This document shows, one piece after another, positions 1-12,888 of a stretch of DNA of 64,000 bases (position 1 is the stretch's first letter; every line of letters begins with the position of its first letter). The notes under the pieces were generated by a model, which ran no database searches, was not told the DNA's origin, and worked only from the letters and a program-made list of their open reading frames with translations. The stretch spans positions 18,786,001 to 18,850,000 of the forward strand of contig OZ024754.1 in the NCBI GenBank assembly GCA_964016885.1, in the 5' to 3' direction. The translations under genes and the position numbers were made by a program. Source of the stretch: Eledone cirrhosa (taxonomy: Eukaryota).

Positions 1-996
1 AACAACTACAGCTATAACAACAACAACAACAGCTATAACAACAACTACAACAGCTATAACAACAACAACTACAGCTATAACAACAACAACTACAGCTGTA
101 ACAACAACAACAACAGCAATAACAACAACAACTACAGCTATAACAACAACAACAACAACAACAGCTATAACAACAACAACTACAGCTATAACAACAACAA
201 CAACAGCTATAACAACAACAACTACAGCTATAACAACAACAACTACAGCTATAACAACAACAACAACAACTACAGCTATAACAACAACAACTACAGCTAT
301 AACAACAACAACAACAACAACAACAACAGCTATAACAACAACAACTACAGCTGTAACAACAACAACTACAGCTATAACAACAACAACAGCAACTACAGCA
401 ATAACAACAACAACAACTACAGCTATAACAACAACAATAACAACAACAACAGCTATAACAACAACAACTACAGCTATAACATCAACAACTACAGCTATAA
501 AAACAACAACAACAACAACAGCTATAACAACAACAACTACAGCTATAACAACAACAACTACAGCTATAACAACAACAACAACTACAGCTATAACAACAAC
601 AACAACAACAACTACAGCTATAACAACAACAACTACAGCTACAACAACAACAACTACAGCTATAACAACAACAACAACAACTACAGCTATAACAACAACA
701 ACAACTACAGCTATAACAACAATAAGAACAACAACAACAGCTATAACAACAACAACTACAGCTATAACAACAACAACTACAGCTATAACAACAACAACAA
801 CAACAACAACAACAGCTATAACAACAACAACAACAACAACAACAGCTATAACAACAACAACAACTACAGCTATAACAACAACAACAACAACAACAACTAC
901 AGCTATAACAACAACAACAACTACAGCTATAACAACAACAACAACAACAGCTATAACAACAACAACTACAGCTATAACAACAACAACTACAGCTAT

Positions 997-1045
<49 letters not shown>

Positions 1046-1864
1046 GCTATAACAACAACAACTACAGCTATAACAACAACAACAACAACAACAGCTATAA
1101 CAACAACAACTACAGCTATAACAACAACAACTACAGCTATAACAACAACAACAACAGCTATAAGAACAACAACTACAGCTATAACAGCAACAACAACAAC
1201 AACAGCTATAACAACAACTACAGCCTTAACAATAACAACTACAGCTATAACAACAACAACAACAACAACAGCTATAACAAAAACAACAACTACAACAGCT
1301 ATAACAACAACAACTACAGCTATAACAACAACAACTACAGCTATAACAACAACAACAACAACAGCTATAACAACAACAACAACTACAGCTATAACAACAA
1401 CAACAACAGCTATAACAACAACAACAACAACAGCTATAACAACAACAACAACTACAGCTATAATAACAACAACTACAGCTATAACAACAACAACTATAAC
1501 AACAACAACAACAGCTATAACAACAACAACACCAGATATAACAACAACAACAACAGCTATAACAACAACAACTACAGCTATAACAACAACAACTACAGCT
1601 AGAACAACAACAACAACAACAACAACAGCTATAACAACAACAACAACAGCTATAACAACAACAACTACAGCTATAACAACAACAGCAGCTATAACAACAA
1701 CAACAACAACAACAACAGCTATAACAACAACATCTACAGCTATAACAACAACAACAACAACAACAACAACAGCTATAACAACAACAACTACAGATATAAC
1801 AACAACAACAACAACAGATATAACAACAACAACAGCTATAACAACAACTACTACAGCTACAGCT

Positions 1865-1903
<39 letters not shown>

Positions 1904-2345
1904 GCTATAACAACAACAACAACAACAACAACAGCTATAACAACAACAACTACAGCTATAACAACAACAATAACTACAGCTATAACAACTACAACTACAG
2001 CTATAACAACAACAACTACAGCTAAACAACAACAACTACAGCTATTACAACAACAAGTACAGCTATAACGACAACAACAACAACAACAACTACAGCTATA
2101 ACAACAACAACTACAGCTATAACGACGACAACAACAACAACTACAGCTAAACAACAACAACTACAGCTATTACAACAAGTACAGCTATAACGACAACAAC
2201 AACAACAACAACAACTACAGCTATAACAACAACAACTACAGCTATAACAGCAACAACAACTACAGCTATAACAACAACAAGTACAGCTATAACGACAACA
2301 ACAACAACAACTACAGCTATAACAACAACAACAACAACAGCTATA
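1..2345. repeat. Compound (AAC)n microsatellite punctuated by (ACT)ACAGCTATA units
   Basis: Direct reading: runs of AAC separated by the recurring motif ACAGCTATA, mostly in triplet phase. Confidence 0.97.
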
Positions 2346-2895
2346 ACAACAACTATTACTACTACATTTACTACAACACCTACTATAGCACCTACTAAAA
2401 CAACAACAACAACAACAACCGCAACTACAACTACAACTACGACTACGACTACAACAACAACAATTACTACTACTACTATACCTACTACAACAACAACAAC
2501 TACCACACCTACTATAACAACAACAACCAAATCTACCAGAACATTTATAACTACTACTACAACAACGACTACTACACCTACTACAACAACTACATCACAC
2601 CCATAAACACCATCACCACCACCATCACCACCACCACCACACCACCACCAGTACACCCCCACACCACCAGTACCATAACCAGCCCCCCCCCAATCACACC
2701 CACCACCACCAGCACCACCACCATCACATCCACCACCACCATCACACCCACCAGCACCAGCACCAGCACCAGCACCACCATCACCACCATCACACCCATC
2801 ACCACTTCACCGCCATCACTACAAGCAGCACCAGCAGCGCCACCAACACCACTACTACCACCACTACCACCACCACCTCCACCACCCAACCACCA
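2346..2895. repeat. Degenerate (ACT)n/(ACC)n low-complexity tract
   Basis: Direct reading; grades from AAC/ACT into ACC repeats. Confidence 0.9.
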
Positions 2896-3038
2896 TTACG
2901 AGGTCTCTTGTTCAGGGAAAAGACTTATGTCCTGTTTGTAACGAAAAGTTTACCACAAACAACGATTTAAATGTTAGAAATGAACAAACTTACGGGAGCT
3001 TACAGTAACACAGCTGTACAGACCTATAATAACATCAG

Positions 3039-3122
3039 CAAGAAGAAGAAGAAGAAGAAGAAGAAGAAGAAGAAGAAGAAGGAAGAAGTGGACGAGGAGG
3101 AGGGGGAAGGGGAGGAGGAGGA
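3039..3122. repeat. (GAA)n/(GAG)n microsatellite
   Basis: Direct reading. Confidence 0.9.
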
Positions 3123-3353
3123 CGAATTCTTTCATTAAAAAGACGGAAATATATATATTTTCTTAATGCACTCTGCGATGTCTATTGAAATATATGTACC
3201 CAACAGTTAGTTTACATGCACGTGACGATCATATAGTTACGTACACATGAACCACACACGCATATATACACATAGATAATGGGTTCATATATATATATAT
3301 ATGTATATGTATGTGTATATGTGTGTATGTGTGTGTGTATGTGTTTGTTTGTG

Positions 3354-3384
<31 letters not shown>

Positions 3385-3699
3385 ATACATGTGAGTGTGT
3401 GCTCATCTCACCCCTCTTACAGGTACATTTTATACAGATACATTTGAAAATACAGCCGCGAAGCCGAAACCAACCAACAACAACTAGATAGACATATATA
3501 TATATATATATATATAAGTATGTATACGTACATACGTATATGTATACAGACGTACACTAGTATGTATATACATACATACACGCACACATATACATATGGA
3601 CGTATGGGTTTACCGAACATTTATTATAATGCTCGGTTTGTTTGTAAACAAACAGCCCGAATTAGTAGCCGTACAGTGTTCGGCAACCATCGTTGCCCT

Positions 3700-3785
3700 T
3701 TTGAATCTCTCAAAGACAACGACTCTCGCCAATAAAATCTGGCAACTCAAAGATGCAAACATGGAATATAAAATCACCTGGACAA
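3700..3785 (+). pseudogene. Short fragment of a Penelope-like GIY-YIG endonuclease C-terminal half
   Basis: Translates as LSKTTTLANKIWQLKDANMEYKITW. This resembles TTSLAEAVNNYRKKDIDYKLT in the PLE at 34605-35003. It is preceded by 3598-3693, which is homologous to the hammerhead-adjacent segment 22258-22350. Confidence 0.55.
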
Positions 3786-4998
3786 AGCTATCAAATTGGT
3801 ATGTCCCACTGTGGTCTCTGTAATATGGAACTTTTCCAAATTTTAAATTACAACAACGTTCATAATTATGGATAAATTCACTCGTGAATTTATCCATAAT
3901 CGGATATTTCCAAAAAGCGAATGAAATCCCATGGGGTAGAGACATAATTTTGGCATGTTTATGTACATTTTTTCTTCTAACTTTGATTTTGTATGGTTGG
4001 CTATATCTTTAATCAATTTTTACAAGCTATTAGAAATACTAGGTAAATCTTCTGAGGCTGTTGATCGTGGATAAAATAGCTATCATTTATTTATCTATTG
4101 TTTCTTCAGAGGTACATTTGAAACTTATAGCTTCGTTTAATTGATTTTTTGTGTAGTTAATTATGCTGATTGGGAGAAGAAATACTGTATATATTTTATC
4201 AAATCATTGTATGGACTTACTTTCTTAAATATTGCTCTGATTGTTGATTATTTAATTAATTAATTCGTCATTGAGCCACACCGTGAATAGTTGCTAAATA
4301 CACATATATATATCTATGGCTCTGTCTAGTTTATGTATATGTAAATCTCTCTCTCTCTCTATATATATATATATACTATAAACACCAGATCTCACACATT
4401 TTTACATATATATTTACACCTATACACACCAGACGTCACAACGATATATATATCTACATCTACTCTACACCAGACGTCACATTTAGCGAGGGGTGCTATG
4501 ATTCTGGGGTTGTTTTAAAGATCTACTCAACTAACAATAACTGTAAGTTGTGATGTTGCTATTCCATTCATGTTTTCTATTTAATTTTGGTTGGAATTCA
4601 TTTATGTTTATTGCCTCTGTGTTTGTCTAAACATTGCGTCTTTTCTGTGTGTAGATTCTATTTTTATTTCTATGTTCTCTAATTTACCTTTCTGTTCTAT
4701 TTTAGCATGTTGGTGGAGTACAGAGGATTCTTTTCTATCTTGAAGGTCTCGCCAGTGATCATTCACATGAATGGAATAGCAACATCACAATTTACAATTA
4801 AGGACAAAATGAAAACACACACACACATAGAACAAACAACCAACCAATAACATGTAAATAAACAAATAAATAAACAAATATGAACACACACGGACACCCG
4901 GATGTAACACAGGGGCTAACTAAGCACACAACACACAAAAACAATATGGCGTAGGACAGAACAAAGGAGAGGCACAACAACAAATAAAAGAATCCCCA

Positions 4999-5041
4999 GT
5001 CACTGAAGAGGTCACAGAATGTGTGACGAAAGAACTTTGAC
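4999..5041 (+). ncRNA. Minimal type I hammerhead ribozyme in PLE pLTR
   Basis: GTCA-CTGAAGA-G-GTCACA(GAATG)TGTGAC-GAAA-GAAC-TT^TGAC: stem I GTCA/TGAC, 6-bp stem II, CUU cleavage triplet. Confidence 0.8.
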
Positions 5042-5264
5042 AATATATGAACAATCGTCTGGTTGTGGAACCAACCAACCAACCGGAAATTTATAAATTC
5101 TTAAATTTATAAATTTAATTTATAATAAATTGGAATGAAAGTATCTGGTGCGTGTGTTTCTTATTGGCAACATGACCCTCCCAAAGTATAACAATATATA
5201 TATATACACACAGAGAGATATATAGATATAAATATATGTCTGTGTTTATGTGTATATATATAAA

Positions 5265-5392
<128 letters not shown>

Positions 5393-5393
5393 C

Positions 5394-5430
<37 letters not shown>

Positions 5431-5497
5431 CACATATATATATACATACATATATATATATATACATACATATATACACATACATATATATATATAC

Positions 5498-5553
<56 letters not shown>

Positions 5554-5715
5554 TGTTATACTTTGGGAGGGTCATGTTGCCAATAAGAAACACACGCACC
5601 AGTTGCTTTCACTTCAATTTATTATAATAAATTTATGAATTTAGGAATTTATAAATTTCCGGTTGGTTGGTTGGTTCCACAACCAGATGATTGTTTATAT
5701 ATTGTTATATATTTA

Positions 5716-7170
5716 CTATCTTGAAGCTCTCGCCAGTGTTCATTTATCCGTTCTCCTATACTACGAGCTGTCTCACCTACGTACACTATATTTTTATCTC
5801 TACATTGTCCTTCAGTACATCTTATGCTATATACTACATTTCTAGTTTTACAGTTAATATGGGGGCTTAATTTACAGATTATACATTTCTTATCTATACA
5901 GGGAGGTCTTTGAAAAGGGTATGTATTGCTAATAAGTGTTTTTATGGAGATACCTGGTCTTTCTACTATCTTAATATTGAGTTTATGTATATCTAGGGCC
6001 CTTCTAAATTTGTAAGCTAATTCACCTCTAGGGGTTGTATCGATGAACATTACACTCTGGTATTTATTGCTATCATACCATGAGTTTATTCTATTAACAT
6101 TATTCCTAGTTCTTTCTATTCTATTCCAAAATTTGCTCCTATACAAGGGGCAGGTCCCATTTGTGTCATTATTTACCATTTTTTTCCATTTGGTTCTGGC
6201 TCCTCTATACACTCTGATTTTATCTCTCTGATTGTAACCAGAGAACTGCATACGGTGGATTAAGTGTTGTATGTGTCTCTCTAGTTCTTTGGGGTTGCAC
6301 ATGCGGGACACGTTTCTCATCACCCGTACCAAATCCGCAATCAGTATGTTGATTTTGGTGTGGTCCGAAACAGCTGAGCTTCGGTGGATCAGATATTTGG
6401 AAGTCATGGGTTTGGCATAATGGGAATGGAGGATTTGTTTTTTGTTATTAATGGTTTCTAACCAGAGCTCTGTGTCTAGTACAGGTAATCGATGGTTGGG
6501 GTGTTTACTTGGGTAGTCTATAGTAACTCTAATACTCTGGTGGATGGAGTTAGCTATTTGCTGGATGCTTTCCATTGTGTTATTTTTTAATTCCTGACTA
6601 TTCTCTAGTGGGGGTGTTTTAACTACGATGTTTATATCATCAACGTAGCGGGAGTACATTATCAGGGTTAAGGGGTCTTCTAATTGTTCTTTAAGTTTAA
6701 GTTTAAGTCTACTGTCCTGCCATACCATGAATAAGTTAGCTATGTCGCCTGCAATGCTAACACCAATGGCTGCTCCCTCCTCTTGGGCATATGTTTTTCC
6801 ATTAAATTTGAACATATGTTCCTTAAGGGTTAATTTTATGCTGGCCCCCACCGCATGTGCAATCATTTTCTTTAGTTCATCGTGGTTTTCGGGGGTCCGT
6901 ATGGCTCTCGTCTACCCGTTCCATCTATCTGTGTGGGTTTTCTTGGCCATTGGTCTGCCTCTTGCTGGTTTTGTAGGGCACAGGTTGCTAAGGCCATATG
7001 TATCTAGATAGGTATTACTATAGGTAAGTTTAAGTAGGAGTCCCAGCTCACTGGTATCAATCCCACGGAATTCAACATTGCTCTCACTGATCTTTTCTAC
7101 GCATTTCTCCACAGCAAAATCCACGTCAATAGATGGATACAGGGACACAATATCCATACTACCTATTATG
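5716..7170 (-). pseudogene. PLE reverse transcriptase plus N-terminal part of GIY-YIG endonuclease (frameshifted, truncated)
   Basis: ORFs 6912-7157 (DIVSLYPSID, RT motif A) and 5649-6866 (EGAAIG; YSRYVDD; Cys linker PPCIDKKCIIC; VVYSIRC...YVGETARSIGERINEH). Confidence 0.92.
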
Positions 7171-7204
7171 CAGTTTGTTAGGTCCCTAGATCGGTTACTC
7201 TCGC

Positions 7205-7567
7205 CGATGTAAATTAAGTCCCCATATTAACTGTAAAACTAGAAATGTAGTATATAGCATAAGATGTACTGAAGGACAATGTAAAGATAAAAGTATAGTG
7301 TACATAGGTGAGACAGCTCGTAGTATAGGGGAACTGATAAATGAACACTGGCGAGACCTTCAAGATAGTAAAGAATCATCTGTACTCTACCAACATGCTA
7401 AAATAGAACATAAGGGTAAATTAGAAAACATAGAAATAAAAATAGAATCTACACACAGAAAAGACGCAATGTTTAGACAAATCACAGAGGCAATAAACAT
7501 AAATGAACTCCAACCAAAATTAAATAGAAAACATGAGTGGAACAGCAACATCACAACTTACAATTAA
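7205..7567 (+). pseudogene. PLE GIY-YIG endonuclease C-terminal part (inverted relative to the RT body)
   Basis: YIGETARSIGELINEH...RQITEAINI...PKLNRKHEW stop; near-identical to the reverse complement of 5716-5875 and 4540-4766. Confidence 0.9.
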
Positions 7568-7768
7568 AGACAAAATGAAAACACACACGCACATAGAACA
7601 AACAACCAATCAGTAACATGTAAATAAACAAATAAATAAACAAATATAAACACACACAGACACCCGGATGTAACACATGCGCAAACTAAGCACACAACAC
7701 ACACACAAAAACAAGATGGCGTAGGACAGAACAAATGAGAGGCACAAAAACAAAGAAAAGAATCCCCA

Positions 7769-7811
7769 GTCACTGAAAAATTCACAGAATGTGTGACGAA
7801 AGTACTTTGAC
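7769..7811 (+). ncRNA. Degenerate hammerhead ribozyme (second pLTR copy, core mutated to CTGAAAA)
   Basis: Same frame as 4999-5041. The palindromic stem III AAGTACTT is intact, but core G8 and the base of stem II are mutated. Confidence 0.65.
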
Positions 7812-8530
7812 AATATATAAACAATCATCTGGTTGTGGAACCAACCAACCAACCGGAAATTTATAAATTCCTAAATTTATAAATTTATTATAATAAATTG
7901 AAGTGAAAGCAACTTGTGCGTGTGTTTCTTATTGGCAACATGATCCTCCCAAAGTATAATAATATCGGTTTCAACACACGTTTTCAGATAAAGGATCTTG
8001 CTAAACAAATTCAGACACGATATATATTTATATATATACAGACACGATATATATATATATATATATATACATACATACATATATATATATACACATACAT
8101 GCATATATATATATACGCTCACATATATGTGTAAAGAGGGACAGAAAGATTTGATCTGTCGCAATTTCTTCTTCGTTGAAAGAGAGGTTTTCCAGCAGAT
8201 ATTGTGGAAATGTTAGCAGACTCTCTTGTAATAATCTTTCATAAATAACTTTTGAAGACGAATCCACGGCTCCTTCATTTCTAATGCATAGGGTTTCATG
8301 TCTATAAATATTGCTGAGCCCTACGAATTCATATATATATATATATATACACATATTCATACACACACACACATATATGAATATACATACATATATATAT
8401 ATATACAATATATTAACAAATGGAAACTATATTTATAAAACCATATTTATTTCATTATACATATTTCAAAAATATTTGCATGTTGTATCCCAACAAATTA
8501 AATATAACTTCTACACACACACACACACAC

Positions 8531-8581
<51 letters not shown>

Positions 8582-8759
8582 CACGTTTATACACACACAC
8601 ATATATGAATATACATACATACATATATATATAAATATATATATATACATATATATTTATTTATATATATGTAATAATAGTATATATATATATATGTGTG
8701 TGGGTATATACATATATATTTATATATATTTATGTATATATACAATATATATATATGTA

Positions 8760-9140
8760 TTGTTTCTGTTGGTGTTGTCATTGTTTATTTTCTTGTTAGT
8801 GGTGTTAATATCGTTGTTGCATTTGTTGTCATTTTTTTCTGTTGCCTGTATTTTAGTTGTCGCTATTATTGTTGTAGTTGGTGTGGTAAATTTTTTAAAA
8901 TTAGTGTTCTCAGTGTTGTTATTGCTGCTTTGTTCACGTTGTTTGTGGTGGTGTTTGTTGTATCAATTTCTGTAACCCTCCTCTCAATTTTTACGCCGTT
9001 GTCACACGACAGCAGACATATTGCTGGGGGGTGTGGCTCAGCCATGTTTTTTTTTTAATTTTAAAAGTAAAGTGTTCAAATATTTGGGCCAAAATAATGC
9101 GACTTACTGGGAGCGAGCAAAAAGACGTCCGAATAGACCA
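8760..9140 (-). mobile_element. 5' stub (5'UTR and start of ORF1) of an ATT-lineage Tx1 element
   Basis: Reverse complement reads ATGGCTGAGCCACACCCCCCAGCAATATGTCTGCTGTCGTGTGAC (MAEPHPPAICLLSCD), homologous to 23597 onward (MSEPRPPAICLLSCD). The 5'UTR start TGGTCT(A/G)TTCGGACGTCTTTTT is shared. Confidence 0.85.
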
Positions 9141-9158
9141 ATAATAATAATAATAATT

Positions 9159-9340
9159 GTTTCTACTTTTGGCACAAGGCCAGCAATTATCCAGTACATT
9201 ACTGGTACTTTATTTTATCGACCCCGTAAGGATGAAAGGCAAAGTTAACCTCGGCGGGATTTGAACTCAGATCATAAAGGGACGTAACTCTATGCTTCAA
9301 AGCATGGCGTCCGACTCTCTACCGATACTGCCAATCCACA
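9159..9340 (-). mobile_element. tRNA-derived SINE (Meta-domain-like core)
   Basis: A-box-like TGGCAGTATCGG, B-box GAGTTCAAATC, core GCCTTTCATCCTTACGGGGTCGATAAAATAAAGTACCAG, (ATT)n tail. Confidence 0.85.
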
Positions 9341-9403
9341 ATAATAATAATAGCGATAATAAAGATACCATCATGGCTAGTTAACGGCATTACATTCCTG
9401 CTT

Positions 9404-12400
9404 ACATTACAATGAAACTTATGGTTATTCTTTTTTTTGGGGGGGTACCTGTTTGTTTGTTTGTTTATTTATGTTCGTCTACAGCGTGATACTGCCACGC
9501 TAAAATCACCGGGGATGATGAAATCACCGGTGGTTATGTAACCATACATTCACCAATCCTCGATAAGAGTGTTTAAATGTCAATCCTAAACAGTTCGAAT
9601 AACGGTGACTGGAATGTCATGTAACAGACTCTCACCCAGTAGGTGCTCCCTGGCTCAGCAGCAGGGACCTGGCTGTCAACCAAATACTGCTGGTGTCGGA
9701 GGAAGAAGAAGAAGGAAAGGGACCAGAACCAACTGGACGAAAGAATTGAATAGAACTGTTATGCAATGTTACCTGAAGAGTAACCCCAAGGAGAAAGGCT
9801 ATAGGAAACGGATGCATAACATCTGGAACGAGATTGGTCTATTTAAATTAGATGATCAAAAAATTGGCCGGGCGGGCTCGGGTAATAAGAACTAATGGGT
9901 GGATAAGCGAGCTGGAACTGGAGGAACTGAGCAGAGAGATTAGGTTGGAAATGGAGAGTGGAGTATGCCAGGCAAACGAACCAGTGGGAAATGAAGGTGA
10001 AGAGGTTGAGAGAACGGAGGAACCATCCGAAGCAGACAATGATCTGAATGCTGAAATAAATAATACCTGGAACAAAGATACGGCCATTGAGGAGATGAAT
10101 GTTGACGGGCTAGGACAAGATTTGGTTGATATCCTAAACTTAGTGGTAGATGAAATAAACAATGATAGTGGGAAACCTATGAACCTAAGATTTGTAGACA
10201 GGAAAAAGTTAAAAGAAACAACAGCTAAGGTAAACAAAGTCATCCCATACCTTGAGGCGAGGAGCCTTCACCAGTGCAACAATATCCTCAAAGCAACAGC
10301 AAATGCGGTGAGGAAATTACTTGGCATAAAAGCGAGAGGAAATAACAAACAAGAAAGATCAGAACCTTGGTGGAAGAAACGACTGAATGGTCAAATCAGG
10401 GAAATGAGAAATGACATTGGAAAACTTGAGTCCCTACTGAATGGGACACTAAAAAACATAGACAGCTTGAAGGAAAGAAAGAGGCAACGACTTGATCCCT
10501 GAGGCGGAACAAACTAAGACATTCTGGAGAGGAATATGGGAGCAGGATGTTAAACATAATGACCAGGCAGTGTGGATTGAGACAGTACAAAAGGAGATTA
10601 GTGAACAGGCACACCAACAAACTGATTTGAGTATCACAGTTGAAACTCTTAAGGCCAAAAAACTAACCAACTGGAAATCACCAGGCCCAGGTGGTGTGCA
10701 GGGGTATTGGATTAAAAATATAACATCCCTCCACCCGAAACTGACAACCATGTTCAATGACTGCTTGATGTCAGGTGAGGTACCAGAGTGGTTGACAAAA
10801 GGTACCACAGTTCTGGTAATGAAAGACCGAATCAAGGGTAATGATGTTACCAACTATAGACCTATCACATGTCTGTCCGTAATGTGGAAACTGTTGACAA
10901 GTATTGTGTCTGAGAAAATCTACCATCACCTCCACACAAACAACTTGTTACTGGACGAACAGAAAGGATGTTGAAAGAAGTCCCGTGGTACAGAGAACCA
11001 GTTACTTATTGATAAGATGGTAATGAGGAATTGCAAGAGGAGACACACTGGTCTTTCCATGGGATAGATAGACTACAAAAAGGCATTTGACATGGTGCCT
11101 CATTCTTGGATCACCAAAAGCCTAGAGATCTTCAAGGTGGCAGATAACATCAGACAGTTGTTGAGCAAAAGTATGAAGTCCTGGAAAACAGAGTTAACAT
11201 CGGGCGGAGAATCCTTGGGAGGCGTGAGGATCAAGAGAGGTATCTTCCAGGGAGATAGTTTGTCCCCTCTGTTGTTTGTCCTTGCCCTGATCCCCTGACC
11301 ATTATACTGCGAAAAGTGAGAGCAGAATACAGGTTGGGAAAGAGAGAGCTTACCATCAATCACCTCCTCTTCATGGACGATCTTAAGCTCTTCGGGAAGA
11401 GTGAGAAGGAGTTGGATGTGCTTGTTGACACTGTCCGTATTTTCAGCAATGATATATGTATGCAATTTGGTATTAGTAAGTGTGGAGTCCTTGTGATGAA
11501 GAGGGGTAAATTGAGCAGAAGCAACGGAATCCAGGTACCAACAGGTGAGATGATAAAGGAAATTGACACTGAAGAAGGATACAAGTATTTGGGTGTTCTG
11601 GAGGCTGATGACATCAAGAACAAAAAAAATGAAGGAATTGATAAGATCTGAATACATTCGGAGAGTAAGGAGCGTATTAAAGTCACATCTGAACAGTAGT
11701 AATGCCATAAGTGCAGTAAATTCCCGAGCTGTGTCTATTATTAGGTACAGTGCGGGAATTCTGAGATGGAATGTTGCTGAACAAAAAGAAATGGATAGGA
11801 AGACTAGAAAGTTATTGACTATCTACAACATGTTCCACAAGAGGAGTGATGTCGATAGACTCTACTTAAGGAGATCTGAAGGTGGAAGAGTTCTTATCAG
11901 CATAGAGGACTGTGTTCAGATGGAGAAAAACAACCTACACAAATACGTGACTGATAGTAAGGAGCCAATGCTCAGAATTGTACTGAAGGAGGGGACAATA
12001 GACCAGGGGATGTCCAAGGAGGAAATAACAACGAGGAGAAAGAGCAGCCTTCATGAAAAATCCCTTCATAGTACCTTCTTTGAGAAAACTGAATTTAGAG
12101 ATCCACAGACATGGAACTGGTTGAAAAGAGGAGACCTTAAAAAGGCTACAGAAGGAATGCTAATGGCTGCGCAAGAGCATGCCCTCAAAACGAATTGGCT
12201 GAAACACCATATTTACAAGGAGGAGGCTAGCCCACTGTGCAGGATCTGTGGAGAGAGAGAAGAGACTGTAGCTCACATTGTATCCGAGTGTAAACACCTA
12301 GCCCAGACTCACTATAAAGGCTGGAGACATGATGTGATGGGCAGGGTGATCCACTGGCACCTATGCAAAGTAAACAATTTACCACATTCTGAGAAGTGGT

Positions 12401-12888
12401 ATGAGCATAAGCCAGAGTCGGTGATAGAAAACGATCAGTTGAAGGTCCTGTGGGATTTTAGGATACAGACGGACAAGAAACTGGAACACAATAGACCTCA
12501 CCTGGTGGTTTTGGACAAGGAAAAAAGATCGTGCCTGATTGTGGATGTGGCCTGCCCATTCGACACGAGAGTGAAAGAGAAGGAGAGGGAGAAAATTAAC
12601 CGATACCAGGACTTAAAGTGGGAGGTAAAAAGGATTTGGAACTGCCATGAAGTCATAGTGGTCCCGATTGTCATAGGCGCACTAGGTACTATCTCAAAAA
12701 GTTTCCAGGGATGGTTAATGAAAATTGGCCCCGCCCCGCTTTTTGGAACACTTCAAAAGGCATGCTTGCTGGGAACAGCAAGAACCCTCCGATACGTCCT
12801 GAATATCTGAGGCTGCAGGTAGTGGCTTGATATTCATTTCAACAAACTTTCCAGTTAACTAACATCAATGACTGAGACTCAAAGAACA
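9404..12888 (+). mobile_element. R4/Dong-clade non-LTR retrotransposon (copy A), near full length, decayed
   Basis: N-terminal WTKELN...GYRKRMHNIW, RT (NYRPITCL, DYKKAFD, QGDSLSP, FMDD), CCHC (CRICGEREETVAHIVSEC), RHD and RPH(D)...DVACP restriction-like endonuclease; ends at AATAATAA. Confidence 0.9.
9605..12810 (+). pseudogene. RT/RLE polyprotein of Dong copy A (frameshifts, stop at 10972, probable internal deletion near 10490)
   Basis: Collinear ORF pieces 9605-9895, 9852-10502, 10492-10974, 11092-11298, 11316-11651, 11563-12810. Confidence 0.9.

Noticed and set aside
1-2345. CRISPR-like repeat-spacer periodicity
   Set aside because: The spacers are just variable (AAC)n, there are no cas genes, and the context is eukaryotic.
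1226-2889. Cys-rich, Val-rich and Gly-rich ORFs (metallothionein- or keratin-associated-like)
   Set aside because: They are translations of triplet microsatellite, with no unique sequence and no ATG-based gene structure.
9404-9700. Possible HDV-like ribozyme in the Dong 5' region
   Set aside because: I could not assemble the nested double pseudoknot by eye; it would need a descriptor search.
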